Part shown: piece by piece, positions 17,320-26,696 of the stretch | Layout: the number at the start of each line of letters is the position of its first letter | How positions within the stretch are numbered: position 1 is the stretch's first letter | Assembly (NCBI GenBank): GCA_030606485.1 | Contig: JAUWGH010000004.1 | Location: forward strand, 60,001 to 92,000 | DNA length: 32,000 nt | DNA from: Promethearchaeota archaeon | GTDB lineage: Archaea; Asgardarchaeota; Lokiarchaeia; Sigyniarchaeales; SOKP01 | Direction of reading: 5' to 3' | The notes under the pieces: model-generated | The model's database searches: none | Told to the model about the DNA's origin: nothing | The model's input: only the letters and a program-made list of their open reading frames with translations | Translations under genes and position numbers: made by a program

Positions 17320-18588
17320 CTAATTCTGTGCAACGATTTTTCCATTTTTAATGACTGTTGAAACGAGATTGATCCCAAATTGGTAACCCAAGAATTGATA
17401 ATTGGGTACATTAAACATTACTAAATCTGCTTTCTTTCCAACCTCAATGCTGCCAATCTTATCTTGCCGCTGTAGGGCGCATGCAGCATTAATTGTTGCA
17501 GCAGTCAGAGCTTCTGCAGGTGAAAGTTTCATATTATAACAAGCTAACACAATTATCATTTGCATTGACTCTGTCCAGCAATTAGGGTTTAGATCAGTTG
17601 CAAGTGCCACAGGAACACCAAATTCAATCATCTTTCTAGCAGGAGCATAATCTTTTAACATTAAACAGAATGGTGTGCCTGGTAATAGAGTAGCAATAAC
17701 TCCCGCTTTTGCCATTGCTTTTAAACCCTCATCATTTGATTTTAGTAAATGTCCTGCTTGAACTGCGTTTATTTTTGCTGCCAATATAGCTCCATTCGTA
17801 TCCACAATTTCATCTATATGAATTTGAGGTTTTATTCCATATCTTTTTGCAGCATTTATTATTTTCTGAGTTTGTTCGGTTGAAAATATCCCCTCTTCAC
17901 AGAATACATCACAGAACTCTGCTAAACCCTCACTAGCAATTTTGGGGATCATTTCTGAAATTATTAAATTAACATAATCATCCGTTCTCCCTTTGTATTC
18001 TGGTGGTATTGCGTGTGCACCTAAAAAGGTTGAAACAACATCTAATGGGTGGTCTTTGTTAAGGATGTTCGCCGCTTTTAATGACTTAATTTCACTATCA
18101 AGTGATAGACCATAGCCAGATTTCGTTTCAACCGTTGTTGTACCATAATTCATCATCCTATCTAAGATTTTTTTGCCGTTTTCAACTAATTTTTCAAGAG
18201 AGGCTCTTCTGGTCTCTCGAACAGTTTTTAGTATTCCACCTCCTGCTTCGAGAATCTCGAGATACGTTTTTCCAGCAAGTTTCATTGATAATTCATTTTC
18301 TCTTGAACCATCAAATATGATATGGGTATGTGGGTCTATAAATCCAGGAGTAACTAACTTGTTAGTGGCGTCGATCTTATTTTTTATTTGATCGTAAGCG
18401 ACTTTAGACATTAGATCTTCGGTAGTTCCAACAAATATGATTTTGTCATCTTTTACTGCTACCGCACCATCAAGAATAATTGCCAACTCTCCCATTTTTT
18501 CACCGATTCTAGGTACACCAAATTTTGAGTCAATAGTAACAAGTTGATTTGCATGGACAATCGCGAGATCTGGTTCATCATTCTTCAT
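17320..18588 (-). CDS. hutI: Imidazolonepropionase
   Basis: PGFIDPHTH, GTTTVETKSGYGL, FLGAHAIP, DVFCEEG, ALATDLNP. Confidence 0.95.
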   Translation of the reverse strand: MKNDEPDLAIVHANQLVTIDSKFGVPRIGEKMGELAIILDGAVAVKDDKIIFVGTTEDLMSKVAYDQIKNKIDATNKLVTPGFIDPHTHIIFDGSRENELSMKLAGKTYLEILEAGGGILKTVRETRRASLEKLVENGKKILDRMMNYGTTTVETKSGYGLSLDSEIKSLKAANILNKDHPLDVVSTFLGAHAIPPEYKGRTDDYVNLIISEMIPKIASEGLAEFCDVFCEEGIFSTEQTQKIINAAKRYGIKPQIHIDEIVDTNGAILAAKINAVQAGHLLKSNDEGLKAMAKAGVIATLLPGTPFCLMLKDYAPARKMIEFGVPVALATDLNPNCWTESMQMIIVLACYNMKLSPAEALTAATINAACALQRQDKIGSIEVGKKADLVMFNVPNYQFLGYQFGINLVSTVIKNGKIVAQN

Positions 18589-18599
18589 AATTGGCAGCC

Positions 18600-20126
18600 C
18601 TATTGATTGTTTATTTTTAATAATTCATTGCTTTTAATAATTTCTATTGCTGCTTCTATAAAATCAGAAAGGATTGTATCTTCTGTTAAATGGGGTATTT
18701 TCTTACGTATATATTCATGGCAAGCTTCTAGTATCTTGCTTGATTTTAGAGGTCTTCTAAAATCAAAAGCTTGCGCTGCGCATAAGAGTTCTATTGCAAG
18801 AATCTTTTCAACATTTTCAATTATTTGAAGCGTTTTTCTAGCACTAATAGCCCCCATACTTACATGATCTTCTTGACCCATAGATGTAGGGATACTATCA
18901 GCACTAGCAGGAAAGCAAAGCGATTTATTTTCACTTGCAAGAGCCGCTGAAGAATATTGAACCATCATAAATCCAGAGTTTAAACCAGATTCCTTAATCA
19001 AATAAGGGGGTAATCCCCATTTTCCTCCCAAAAGAAGATACGTTCGCCGGTCAGAGATGTTTCCAAGTTCAGAAGCTGCTAAACCTGCATAATCTAAAGG
19101 TAATGCAAGTGGTTGTCCATGAAAATTTCCACCGCTAATAGTATCCTCTTCATTAAAAATAATAGGGTTATCGGTAATGGAATTTAATTCACATTCCAAT
19201 TTTTCATTCAAATGCGATAAAGCATCCCTAGATGCACCATGAACTTGTGGCATACACCGAAGAGAATATGGATCTTGAACACGTTCACATTTTTTATGAG
19301 ATTCTACAAATTCGGAATTCTCAAGAAATTTCCTTATTCTCTTAGCCACTATTTTAGCACCTTGATGTGGTCTTAATTCAATTAATCTCTCATCAAAAGG
19401 TTGGGGTGAACCTAAATAGCTTTCAAGACTGAGAGCACCAATTATATCCGCGTGATCTAAGCAATTTTTTAATTTTTCTGATACCTTTATAGCATGAGCT
19501 GCTATAAATTGCGTACCATTAATTAATGCTAAACTTTCTTTTGGGCTAAGTTTTAATGGGGGAATTTGATGTTGATTTAATATTTTCTCAGTTGGAATAA
19601 ATGATTTCCCATCGGTTGATAGATATCCTAAACCAATTAATGGTAAAAATAAATGAGCTAAAGGTGCGAGATCTCCCGACGCCCCAACCGAACCTTGTTC
19701 AGGAACTAATGGTATATAATTTTTCTCAATATGCCAGAGTATTCTCTCAAGTATTTGTAATGATATTCCAGAATAGCCTTTACTTAATACATGCACCTTG
19801 AGAATAAGCATTAATTTTGAGATTTCTTGCTCTATTGGTGAGCCAACACCAACACTATGACTCTTAAGAATATTCTCTTGTAATTTAAAAGTATCTTCTT
19901 TGGAAATTCTAGTTCTACATAAAGAGCCAATTCCAGTGTTAATACTATATACAAGTTTATCACCCTGAGCAATAGATTGAACAATCTCATAACTTTTTAA
20001 TATTTTAGTTTTAACCTCATCTGTTAATATCCCTTTTATCTGGTCCCTTGCCAGTTTCAGCGCTTTTTCAATGGTAAGCTGATCTAAACCATATTTAAAA
20101 TTGTCTTTCATATTCTCCTGTTTCAA
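18600..20126 (-). CDS. hutH: Histidine ammonia-lyase
   Basis: MIO tripeptide ASG in GSVGASGDLAPL, LKSH, LINGTQ, QDPYSLRCMPQVHG, SGGNFHG, QEDHVSMG. Confidence 0.96.
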   Translation of the reverse strand: MKQENMKDNFKYGLDQLTIEKALKLARDQIKGILTDEVKTKILKSYEIVQSIAQGDKLVYSINTGIGSLCRTRISKEDTFKLQENILKSHSVGVGSPIEQEISKLMLILKVHVLSKGYSGISLQILERILWHIEKNYIPLVPEQGSVGASGDLAPLAHLFLPLIGLGYLSTDGKSFIPTEKILNQHQIPPLKLSPKESLALINGTQFIAAHAIKVSEKLKNCLDHADIIGALSLESYLGSPQPFDERLIELRPHQGAKIVAKRIRKFLENSEFVESHKKCERVQDPYSLRCMPQVHGASRDALSHLNEKLECELNSITDNPIIFNEEDTISGGNFHGQPLALPLDYAGLAASELGNISDRRTYLLLGGKWGLPPYLIKESGLNSGFMMVQYSSAALASENKSLCFPASADSIPTSMGQEDHVSMGAISARKTLQIIENVEKILAIELLCAAQAFDFRRPLKSSKILEACHEYIRKKIPHLTEDTILSDFIEAAIEIIKSNELLKINNQ

Positions 20127-20168
20127 AATATTGATATATTTTTTATTGTGTTAATCGAGTAATTTAAT

Positions 20169-22190
20169 TCATTTAACATTTTTTAAATAATTAGTTACAA
20201 CTTCATCAACAAGATCATCTTGGGCTATGAATGGTAAGGTTATATGACCCCGCCCTTCATTTTCAGTGTTCCAATTATAAGCCGTTTCCATGGCATGCGG
20301 ATTTCTAGCCCAACTTCTTCTACCTATTCCACCCATCACGTCCCATTCTAATGCATTCTTTATAGTATTATCCACCTTTTCAGATCCATCTAATACCAGT
20401 CCAAAACCACCATTAAAGCATTTCCCAACACCTACACCCCCTCCATTTGAGAGTACAGCCATAGTCATGCCCCTTAATGCATTTCCAGTAAAACAATGAA
20501 CAGCCATTTCTGCCATAACATTACTTCCATCTTTAATGTTGGATGTTTCTCTGAATGGGGAATCAGTACCGGAAACATCATGATGGTCTCTTCCGAGCAT
20601 TATTGGCCCGATTTCTCCATTTCTTACCAATTCATTAAACTTGAGGGCAATATTAATTCTTTCTTTTGCATCAGCATACAAAATTCTGGCTTTTGTCCCA
20701 ACAACAAGTTTATTTTTTTTCGCATCCTTTATCCAAATATAATTATCCCTATCTTGAGATCGCCTTTCTGGGTCAATGTAGCTCATTGCTGCATGGTCGG
20801 TTTTATCAAGATCCTCATTTTTTCCAGAAAGACATACCCATCTAAAAGGACCATACCCATAATCAAAACATATAGGTCCCATAATATCTTCAACATATGA
20901 TGGAAAAATAAATCCTTCTGAAGTATCAACGCCGTTTTTCACTATATCTCTGACACCAGCATCAAAAACTGCTTTCATAAATGAATTTCCATAATCCCAA
21001 AAGAAAGTTCCCTTATCTCGCATAATTTTTATTAATCTGAATTGTTCTTTTAAAGATTCATCTATTAGTTGTTTTAATTTTGTTGGGTCGGATTTTATTA
21101 ATCTCCTTCCTTCTTCAAAGTTGACTTGATAAGGTGTATAACCACCATTATATACAGCATGACAGGAAGTCTGGTCAGAAGCAAGTTCAACTTTAATCTT
21201 ATTTTCAACCACATATTTCCAAAGATTAACAACATTTCCACAATACCCTATAGATATTGATGTACCTGATTTTTTTGCATCATTAACCCAATTGAAGATC
21301 TCTTCTAGATCATCGGAATATTTTGAAAGCCACCCCTGCTCATGCCTTGTTTCGATTCTTGATTTATCAACTTCTGCTATAACACCTATACCCCCAGCAA
21401 TCTCTACTGCTTTACCTTGAGCTCCTGACATACCTCCAAGACCTGAACTAAGGTATATGACTCCCTTGAGGTCTTTATCGGCAGAGATTCCAAGATAAAG
21501 ACGCCCAGCATTAAGCAAAGTGATATAAGTTCCATGAACTATGCCTTGTGGTCCGATATACATCCAACCTCCGGCGGTCATTTGCCCATAGTTCGCTACT
21601 CCCAATGCTGCAGCCGTTGCAAAATCTTCTGGGTTATCGAACATTCCAACCATTAAACCATTTGTCGAGATCACCCTAGGTGCACTGGGGAAGGTAGGAA
21701 ATAATCCAACCGGATGTCCAGATGCCACGACAAGAGTTTGATTGGAAGTTAATTCTTCAAGATACATTTTCACAAGCCGGTACTGCATCCAATTTTGGTG
21801 AACTTGACCAGATTCTCCATATGTGACAAGTTCATAAGGATAGAGAGCTACATCAAAATCAAGATTGTTATCTATCATTATTTGTAAAGCTTTCCCTTCA
21901 AGTGTTTTGCCTTTATACTCATCAACAGGCTTCGCTTTTATGCTTCCTTCTGGTCTAAATCTATAACCGTAGATTCTACCTCTTGTAACCAGTTCATCCA
22001 TAAATTCAGGGGCAATTTTTTCATGTAGAGAGAATGGTATATATCGTAAAGCATTTTTTAAGGCTAATTTTGTCTGATTTTTATTGAGTCTATAACCACG
22101 AGAGGGTGCTCTTCTAATACCATCAACGAATTCGGGATATTTAGGGAGTGTCTCTGGCAATTTAATTTTCATAGCTTTTGAAAGATCCAT
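20169..22190 (-). CDS. hutU: Urocanate hydratase, long (about 670 aa) form
   Basis: MIDNNLD, PYELVTYG, GQMTAGGWMYIGPQGIVHGT, SGLGGMSGAQ, SDQTSCH, WDYGN, GRDHHDVSGTDSPFRET. Confidence 0.96.
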   Translation of the reverse strand: MDLSKAMKIKLPETLPKYPEFVDGIRRAPSRGYRLNKNQTKLALKNALRYIPFSLHEKIAPEFMDELVTRGRIYGYRFRPEGSIKAKPVDEYKGKTLEGKALQIMIDNNLDFDVALYPYELVTYGESGQVHQNWMQYRLVKMYLEELTSNQTLVVASGHPVGLFPTFPSAPRVISTNGLMVGMFDNPEDFATAAALGVANYGQMTAGGWMYIGPQGIVHGTYITLLNAGRLYLGISADKDLKGVIYLSSGLGGMSGAQGKAVEIAGGIGVIAEVDKSRIETRHEQGWLSKYSDDLEEIFNWVNDAKKSGTSISIGYCGNVVNLWKYVVENKIKVELASDQTSCHAVYNGGYTPYQVNFEEGRRLIKSDPTKLKQLIDESLKEQFRLIKIMRDKGTFFWDYGNSFMKAVFDAGVRDIVKNGVDTSEGFIFPSYVEDIMGPICFDYGYGPFRWVCLSGKNEDLDKTDHAAMSYIDPERRSQDRDNYIWIKDAKKNKLVVGTKARILYADAKERINIALKFNELVRNGEIGPIMLGRDHHDVSGTDSPFRETSNIKDGSNVMAEMAVHCFTGNALRGMTMAVLSNGGGVGVGKCFNGGFGLVLDGSEKVDNTIKNALEWDVMGGIGRRSWARNPHAMETAYNWNTENEGRGHITLPFIAQDDLVDEVVTNYLKNVK

Positions 22191-22320
22191 ATTTTTTAAT
22201 TACCCCATCCAATATTTGAATTTTATTATTTCTTTTTTTTAAAACACTAAAGTGCTAACCAAACGGGAAAAAAGGCGATGAAAAAATTAATAATATATTT
22301 AACATTTAAAAGCAGAAAAA

Positions 22321-23118
22321 ATGTTATATACAGTTGTGAAAGAATTAAATCAGCAAATTATCGAAATCGAGCTGATTGCTAGTCACGCTTGGCCAGCTCA
22401 TGAAGTTCAGTATTTGGGTGGATGGATGCTTCGAGCCAGTTATGGGATTACTCATAGGGCAAATAGTACATTAATTCTTGACGAGCTACCCGAGGGAGAT
22501 ATCGATTCAGCTATTCAAATTATTCGTGAATTCTATATAAGCCGAGGTTTACCACCAAGATTTCAATTAACGAATGCAAGTGTGCCTGCTAATATTGACC
22601 GTAAAATTGCTGATTTGGGTTTTATCTTAGAAATGAAAGTTAATGTGCAAATTTTTTCCCTGGATTCTCTGATCCAAGGTGTGTCTCCATTCCGTGTAGA
22701 AATCCATCTTACTCCTCAACAAAACTGGCTTTCTACATATGCAGCTGTTGGAGATTATGATTCTTTCTCTTTAGGAATTAGGAAATCTATTATGACACGT
22801 GTTGTGCAGAAAAAAGCGTATGTAGTAGCCATCTTTAAAAACAAGGTTGTCGGAGTGGGATTTGGTGTGGCTGAGCGTGGTTGGCTTGGATTATTTGCGA
22901 TAAGCACTCTAACTCAGTTTCGACGTAAAGGAATAGCAACTGCTATAACACGCGCTCTCGCCCAATGGGGGTTATCTAAGGGAGCCACCCGTGCCTATCT
23001 CCTAGTTGAGCAGAAGAATGAACCTGCAAATGACCTTTATAACCACTTAGGTTTTAAGAACCTCTATTGCTATTGGTACAGATTGGAACAAGGCAGCAAT
23101 GAAATTAATTCTAAATAA
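22321..23118 (+). CDS. GNAT-family N-acetyltransferase
   Basis: HAWPA…GWMLRA…RANS N-terminal motif; acetyl-CoA motif FRRKGIA; YLLVEQKNEPANDLYNHLGF. Confidence 0.88.
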   Translation: MLYTVVKELNQQIIEIELIASHAWPAHEVQYLGGWMLRASYGITHRANSTLILDELPEGDIDSAIQIIREFYISRGLPPRFQLTNASVPANIDRKIADLGFILEMKVNVQIFSLDSLIQGVSPFRVEIHLTPQQNWLSTYAAVGDYDSFSLGIRKSIMTRVVQKKAYVVAIFKNKVVGVGFGVAERGWLGLFAISTLTQFRRKGIATAITRALAQWGLSKGATRAYLLVEQKNEPANDLYNHLGFKNLYCYWYRLEQGSNEINSK

Positions 23119-23154
23119 GATACTCTACTTAAGATTAAGAAAATTAATTTATTT

Positions 23155-23577
23155 TTATTTTCCAAGAGAATCTAAAATTATTTTTTTATGATCAAATGCT
23201 AGTTCCATTGACTCAATATTTTTGATGGGAACTAATTCCAAATCCATAGCATCAGTTTTAGCCATGAGTTTTTCGTTCATTGTTAATGGTTCACATAAAT
23301 ATGAAATGGTCACGGTATGACCTCTTGGATCTCGCTTGGGATCAGAATAAACTCCAGTTAATTTTATAATTTTAACATGGATATTTGTCTCTTCAAATGC
23401 TTCCCTTATGCAAGCTTCTTCTGTAGTTTCTCCAACGTCTACAAAGCCACCAGGTAATGCATACTGACCTTGAAAGGGTGGATTTTTTCTTTTAATTAGT
23501 ATAATTTTTTTTTCCGGTATTCTTATGATAGCATCAACCGTTAAAAGGGGTGTAATGGGTTTGGGCAAATTTTTCAC
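23155..23577 (-). CDS. Nudix hydrolase (ADP-ribose pyrophosphatase-like)
   Basis: Nudix box GGFVDVGETTEEACIREAFEETNI; GVYSDPKRDPRGH; LAFDH. GTG start. Confidence 0.92.
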   Translation of the reverse strand: MKNLPKPITPLLTVDAIIRIPEKKIILIKRKNPPFQGQYALPGGFVDVGETTEEACIREAFEETNIHVKIIKLTGVYSDPKRDPRGHTVTISYLCEPLTMNEKLMAKTDAMDLELVPIKNIESMELAFDHKKIILDSLGK

Positions 23578-23725
23578 ATTATATAAGGGTGTATTTACTA
23601 AGATTGTTATAATTTTCAGTATTCGTTTTCCCTAAAAACAATTAATATAATAATAATTGTTGATATCTTAAGGAATTAATAGCATATTAAATATATTTAT
23701 TATCTTTAAAATAATACGATATTTA

Positions 23726-24628
23726 ATGAGTAAAAAAGAAGATGTATCCCCCACAGATCTTGAAGGCGCTGATATATTCTTAAAAAAATTATATGAAGTA
23801 ATCTATAAATTATCATCAATTTCAAAAACTCAGTTTCCGAGATTTAAAAAATTATGGAATAACTATTTCGCTCAAGACGTCATAAAACCTCATATTCCAA
23901 GGCAAATACCATTTGATAAGCAGAAATTTTTAAAAGATGATGATAATAAAGCTAAGACCCTTAGAATCACGGAAAAAGCAGCAGTTGATATTTTTTATTC
24001 AATTCGGTCTATTGTTGAAGTGTTATACAATGAATATTTTCCTAATTCTGAATTATTCATAAAAGATTTTTCGGACGAAGATCAAATTATTTTACCTTAT
24101 ATTTGCGCTAAAGATTTATATGGGAATCTTCTTGAATTTCTAAAGTTAGAGCATGCAATTACACCTTTAAAATATCTGATTATTGGAAAAAATTACTTAC
24201 TTTTAAAATTAAAAGGAATGAGTACTACTGGAATTATCAATAGCTTAAAGAAATCAGATATAAAAATAAAATATCCTGAATTAACCAAAATCTTAAGGGA
24301 AATCGAAAAAGATGGAATTATTGAAATAAAAACAAAGGGTCGAGGTAAATTTTCTACTCTAAATAAAGAACTTAAATTAACTAAAGACGGAGAAAAGAAA
24401 TATAAAAGTTTAATAAAGCCACTTTTAGAGTGGTCTACGCAAATATGGCGAAGTTTTTTCAATATTCGAGAACTTAATATCAAAATACTGCCTGAATATA
24501 AATGGTGTTCATATTTAGAGAAAGTTTTACCACGCTCAGCGACACAAGGGTTTAGTGCAGCCCATTATGTTATAAAGAATTTGGCCAAATATTATGAAAT
24601 GCTTATAAAAGAAGAGAATGAAGATTAA
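23726..24628 (+). CDS. Hypothetical protein with a central winged-helix-like segment
   Basis: 300-aa ORF; segment TGIINSLK…LTKILREIEKDGIIEIK…LKLTKDGEKKY resembles a wHTH and wing. Confidence 0.75.
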   Translation: MSKKEDVSPTDLEGADIFLKKLYEVIYKLSSISKTQFPRFKKLWNNYFAQDVIKPHIPRQIPFDKQKFLKDDDNKAKTLRITEKAAVDIFYSIRSIVEVLYNEYFPNSELFIKDFSDEDQIILPYICAKDLYGNLLEFLKLEHAITPLKYLIIGKNYLLLKLKGMSTTGIINSLKKSDIKIKYPELTKILREIEKDGIIEIKTKGRGKFSTLNKELKLTKDGEKKYKSLIKPLLEWSTQIWRSFFNIRELNIKILPEYKWCSYLEKVLPRSATQGFSAAHYVIKNLAKYYEMLIKEENED

Positions 24629-24731
24629 TTTCATTTTCAGAAAAAAGATTGTTCAGAGTATGTTAAATTTACCTTAAAAAAACTTTCTATATCATTTTAT
24701 GGGGAGCTGCATTAGAAAAAAAGAGATTTTT

Positions 24732-25721
24732 TTAATATTTTTTTGCAGGTTCTAGCTTTAATACCTGAAATATTTGATTTTCAGAAGGATTTGCATCAAA
24801 TTGTTTCATTTTTTTTTGTAATTTTTCACTTAGTATGAAATCCAATAAGAAATTTGGTTTTTCCTCACTTAGAATGATAAGTGAACCACTAGAGCCTCCT
24901 AATTTTGCTCCGATGACATTATTTATATTACAAAAGTTTAATATTTCTTGATCAATTTCTCTTTGTAATATCACATTTTCAGTTGGATTTCCATAACGAC
25001 CGTAAGTTTGTGTTAATTTCTGATTTTCATTCATTAATTTTCCAACTAATTTAAGGTCTTCATTAATAATTGCTTCTTTACCCCTAATAGCGCAATTTCG
25101 AATTTTATTCACTATTTTAATTAGACTAGAATTAGTTGGATAAGCGAGAAAAGGGAATCTATGAATATCTCCACTACTAATATTCTTACTCCTTACACCA
25201 ATATAGAATGGTATATCTTTAATATCAAGGTCTTCAATAATATAATTTCTCCAGTCATCACTTGAAAAATCCATATATTTTGCCCCTCCAAACGTATCTA
25301 CAAAACAATCTTGCGGTCCAGCGGTATTTCCTATAATTTCATGCTCAACAAGTCGAGTATAATGTGCGATGGTTCTTAAATTCAAGTTTAAAGAAAATTT
25401 ATTATTGAGACCCTTAAATAGATTAACAATTATAGCAGTAGAACCTGAAAGACCCCCCTGTACTGGAATATTTGTCTCGATTTTAAAACTGAAATTTTCT
25501 ATGCTAAAGCCTTTTTGGTTTAATAAAATTAAAGAACTACCCAATAGATTATTAAAATTCTCATTTTGCTCATTATTAATTAAAAATAAATTTTTTTCCG
25601 CTTTACTTACCTCTCCTTTTACGAAAAAATCTTTAATGGTTGAGGAAATCACAGCACCATTATAAATATCTGATGGATTTCCCAAAATTCCTATTCGTGC
25701 GTTAGTTTTAATTCTTACCAT
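24732..25721 (-). CDS. GHMP-family kinase, glucuronokinase-like
   Basis: GHMP motif II TNIPVQGGLSGSTA, motif III GAKLGGSSG, GPQD; N-terminus ARIGILGNPSDIYNG. Confidence 0.85.
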   Translation of the reverse strand: MVRIKTNARIGILGNPSDIYNGAVISSTIKDFFVKGEVSKAEKNLFLINNEQNENFNNLLGSSLILLNQKGFSIENFSFKIETNIPVQGGLSGSTAIIVNLFKGLNNKFSLNLNLRTIAHYTRLVEHEIIGNTAGPQDCFVDTFGGAKYMDFSSDDWRNYIIEDLDIKDIPFYIGVRSKNISSGDIHRFPFLAYPTNSSLIKIVNKIRNCAIRGKEAIINEDLKLVGKLMNENQKLTQTYGRYGNPTENVILQREIDQEILNFCNINNVIGAKLGGSSGSLIILSEEKPNFLLDFILSEKLQKKMKQFDANPSENQIFQVLKLEPAKKY

Positions 25722-25722
25722 T

Positions 25723-26634
25723 TTAATTCTGGAATTCCTTTGTTCTTTTTATTTCAATATTGAATCCTTTTAGAATTTGAGATAAATGCGATTTATCTGC
25801 AGAATTTAATCCCTTCCAATCGTAAATAAAATAATCAATTTTTGATTCTATTGTTTTGTCAATCATCTGTTTAATCATTTCCTCCTTAAGTTCTTGAACA
25901 AAATATTTAGGACAAATATGAGCAATTGCTATGTTTGTATTAATTATTAGTTTTTTAAATTTAGGTGAATAGTGGGTTCCACCAAATCCCAGACCGATCA
26001 TTGGGTTTTTTCTTTTCACTATCCAATATTTTTCAATTGTTTTAATAATCGCATTAGCCACTACTTTTCCCGCTTCTTGATCGTTCCATTCAGCCTTTAT
26101 ACTGCCTAATTCCATAAAAACTAATGGAATGGAATGGTTTGTGGGTCCATGATGATTCACTTCCATATCAATGGAAAATTTTCCCTCTTCTAATTCTCTA
26201 CTGGATTCTAGTAGTGAGAGAAATCCAGCTTTTAAAAAAATAGCGCTTGAATATGCAATTTCTTTTGAATTGCCACCAAATAGTGCTTCTTCGCCCCAAT
26301 TTCCAGTTGTATGAATTAATAAAGCCGGTCGAGCTGATTTTGAAGCATGTCTGCTAGCAAAAATTAAGAAATCAGGCTTAAAATCTAACTCTTCCAATTT
26401 AAGATCGTCGAGAAAAATCAAACTCTTATCAGTAAGTCCTAAATAAACTCGATTATTTAAAGAAATTTCCTCTTTGATGAAATCTTTACCAACTTTATTC
26501 AATAGAAAGAGATTATGCCCATACCATTTATTATTTAACTCTTTAAATGTATAATTTTTAGAATTTATTAACTTATTACGGATGTTTATTGATGCGATAT
26601 CCTCCGAACTCGATATAATCAAAAAATTTGGCAT
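25723..26634 (-). CDS. dtdA: D-aminoacyl-tRNA deacylase, archaeal DTD2 type
   Basis: DIASINI, FASRH, HTTGN, EVNHHGPT, FMELGS, GFGGTHY; the likely start is MPNFLII at 26634. Confidence 0.93.
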   Translation of the reverse strand: MPNFLIISSSEDIASINIRNKLINSKNYTFKELNNKWYGHNLFLLNKVGKDFIKEEISLNNRVYLGLTDKSLIFLDDLKLEELDFKPDFLIFASRHASKSARPALLIHTTGNWGEEALFGGNSKEIAYSSAIFLKAGFLSLLESSRELEEGKFSIDMEVNHHGPTNHSIPLVFMELGSIKAEWNDQEAGKVVANAIIKTIEKYWIVKRKNPMIGLGFGGTHYSPKFKKLIINTNIAIAHICPKYFVQELKEEMIKQMIDKTIESKIDYFIYDWKGLNSADKSHLSQILKGFNIEIKRTKEFQN

Positions 26635-26696
26635 TATATTATATAATAATATACACGTTTTAATTAACCTATAACTCAATTAAAGATAGAAAAAAA

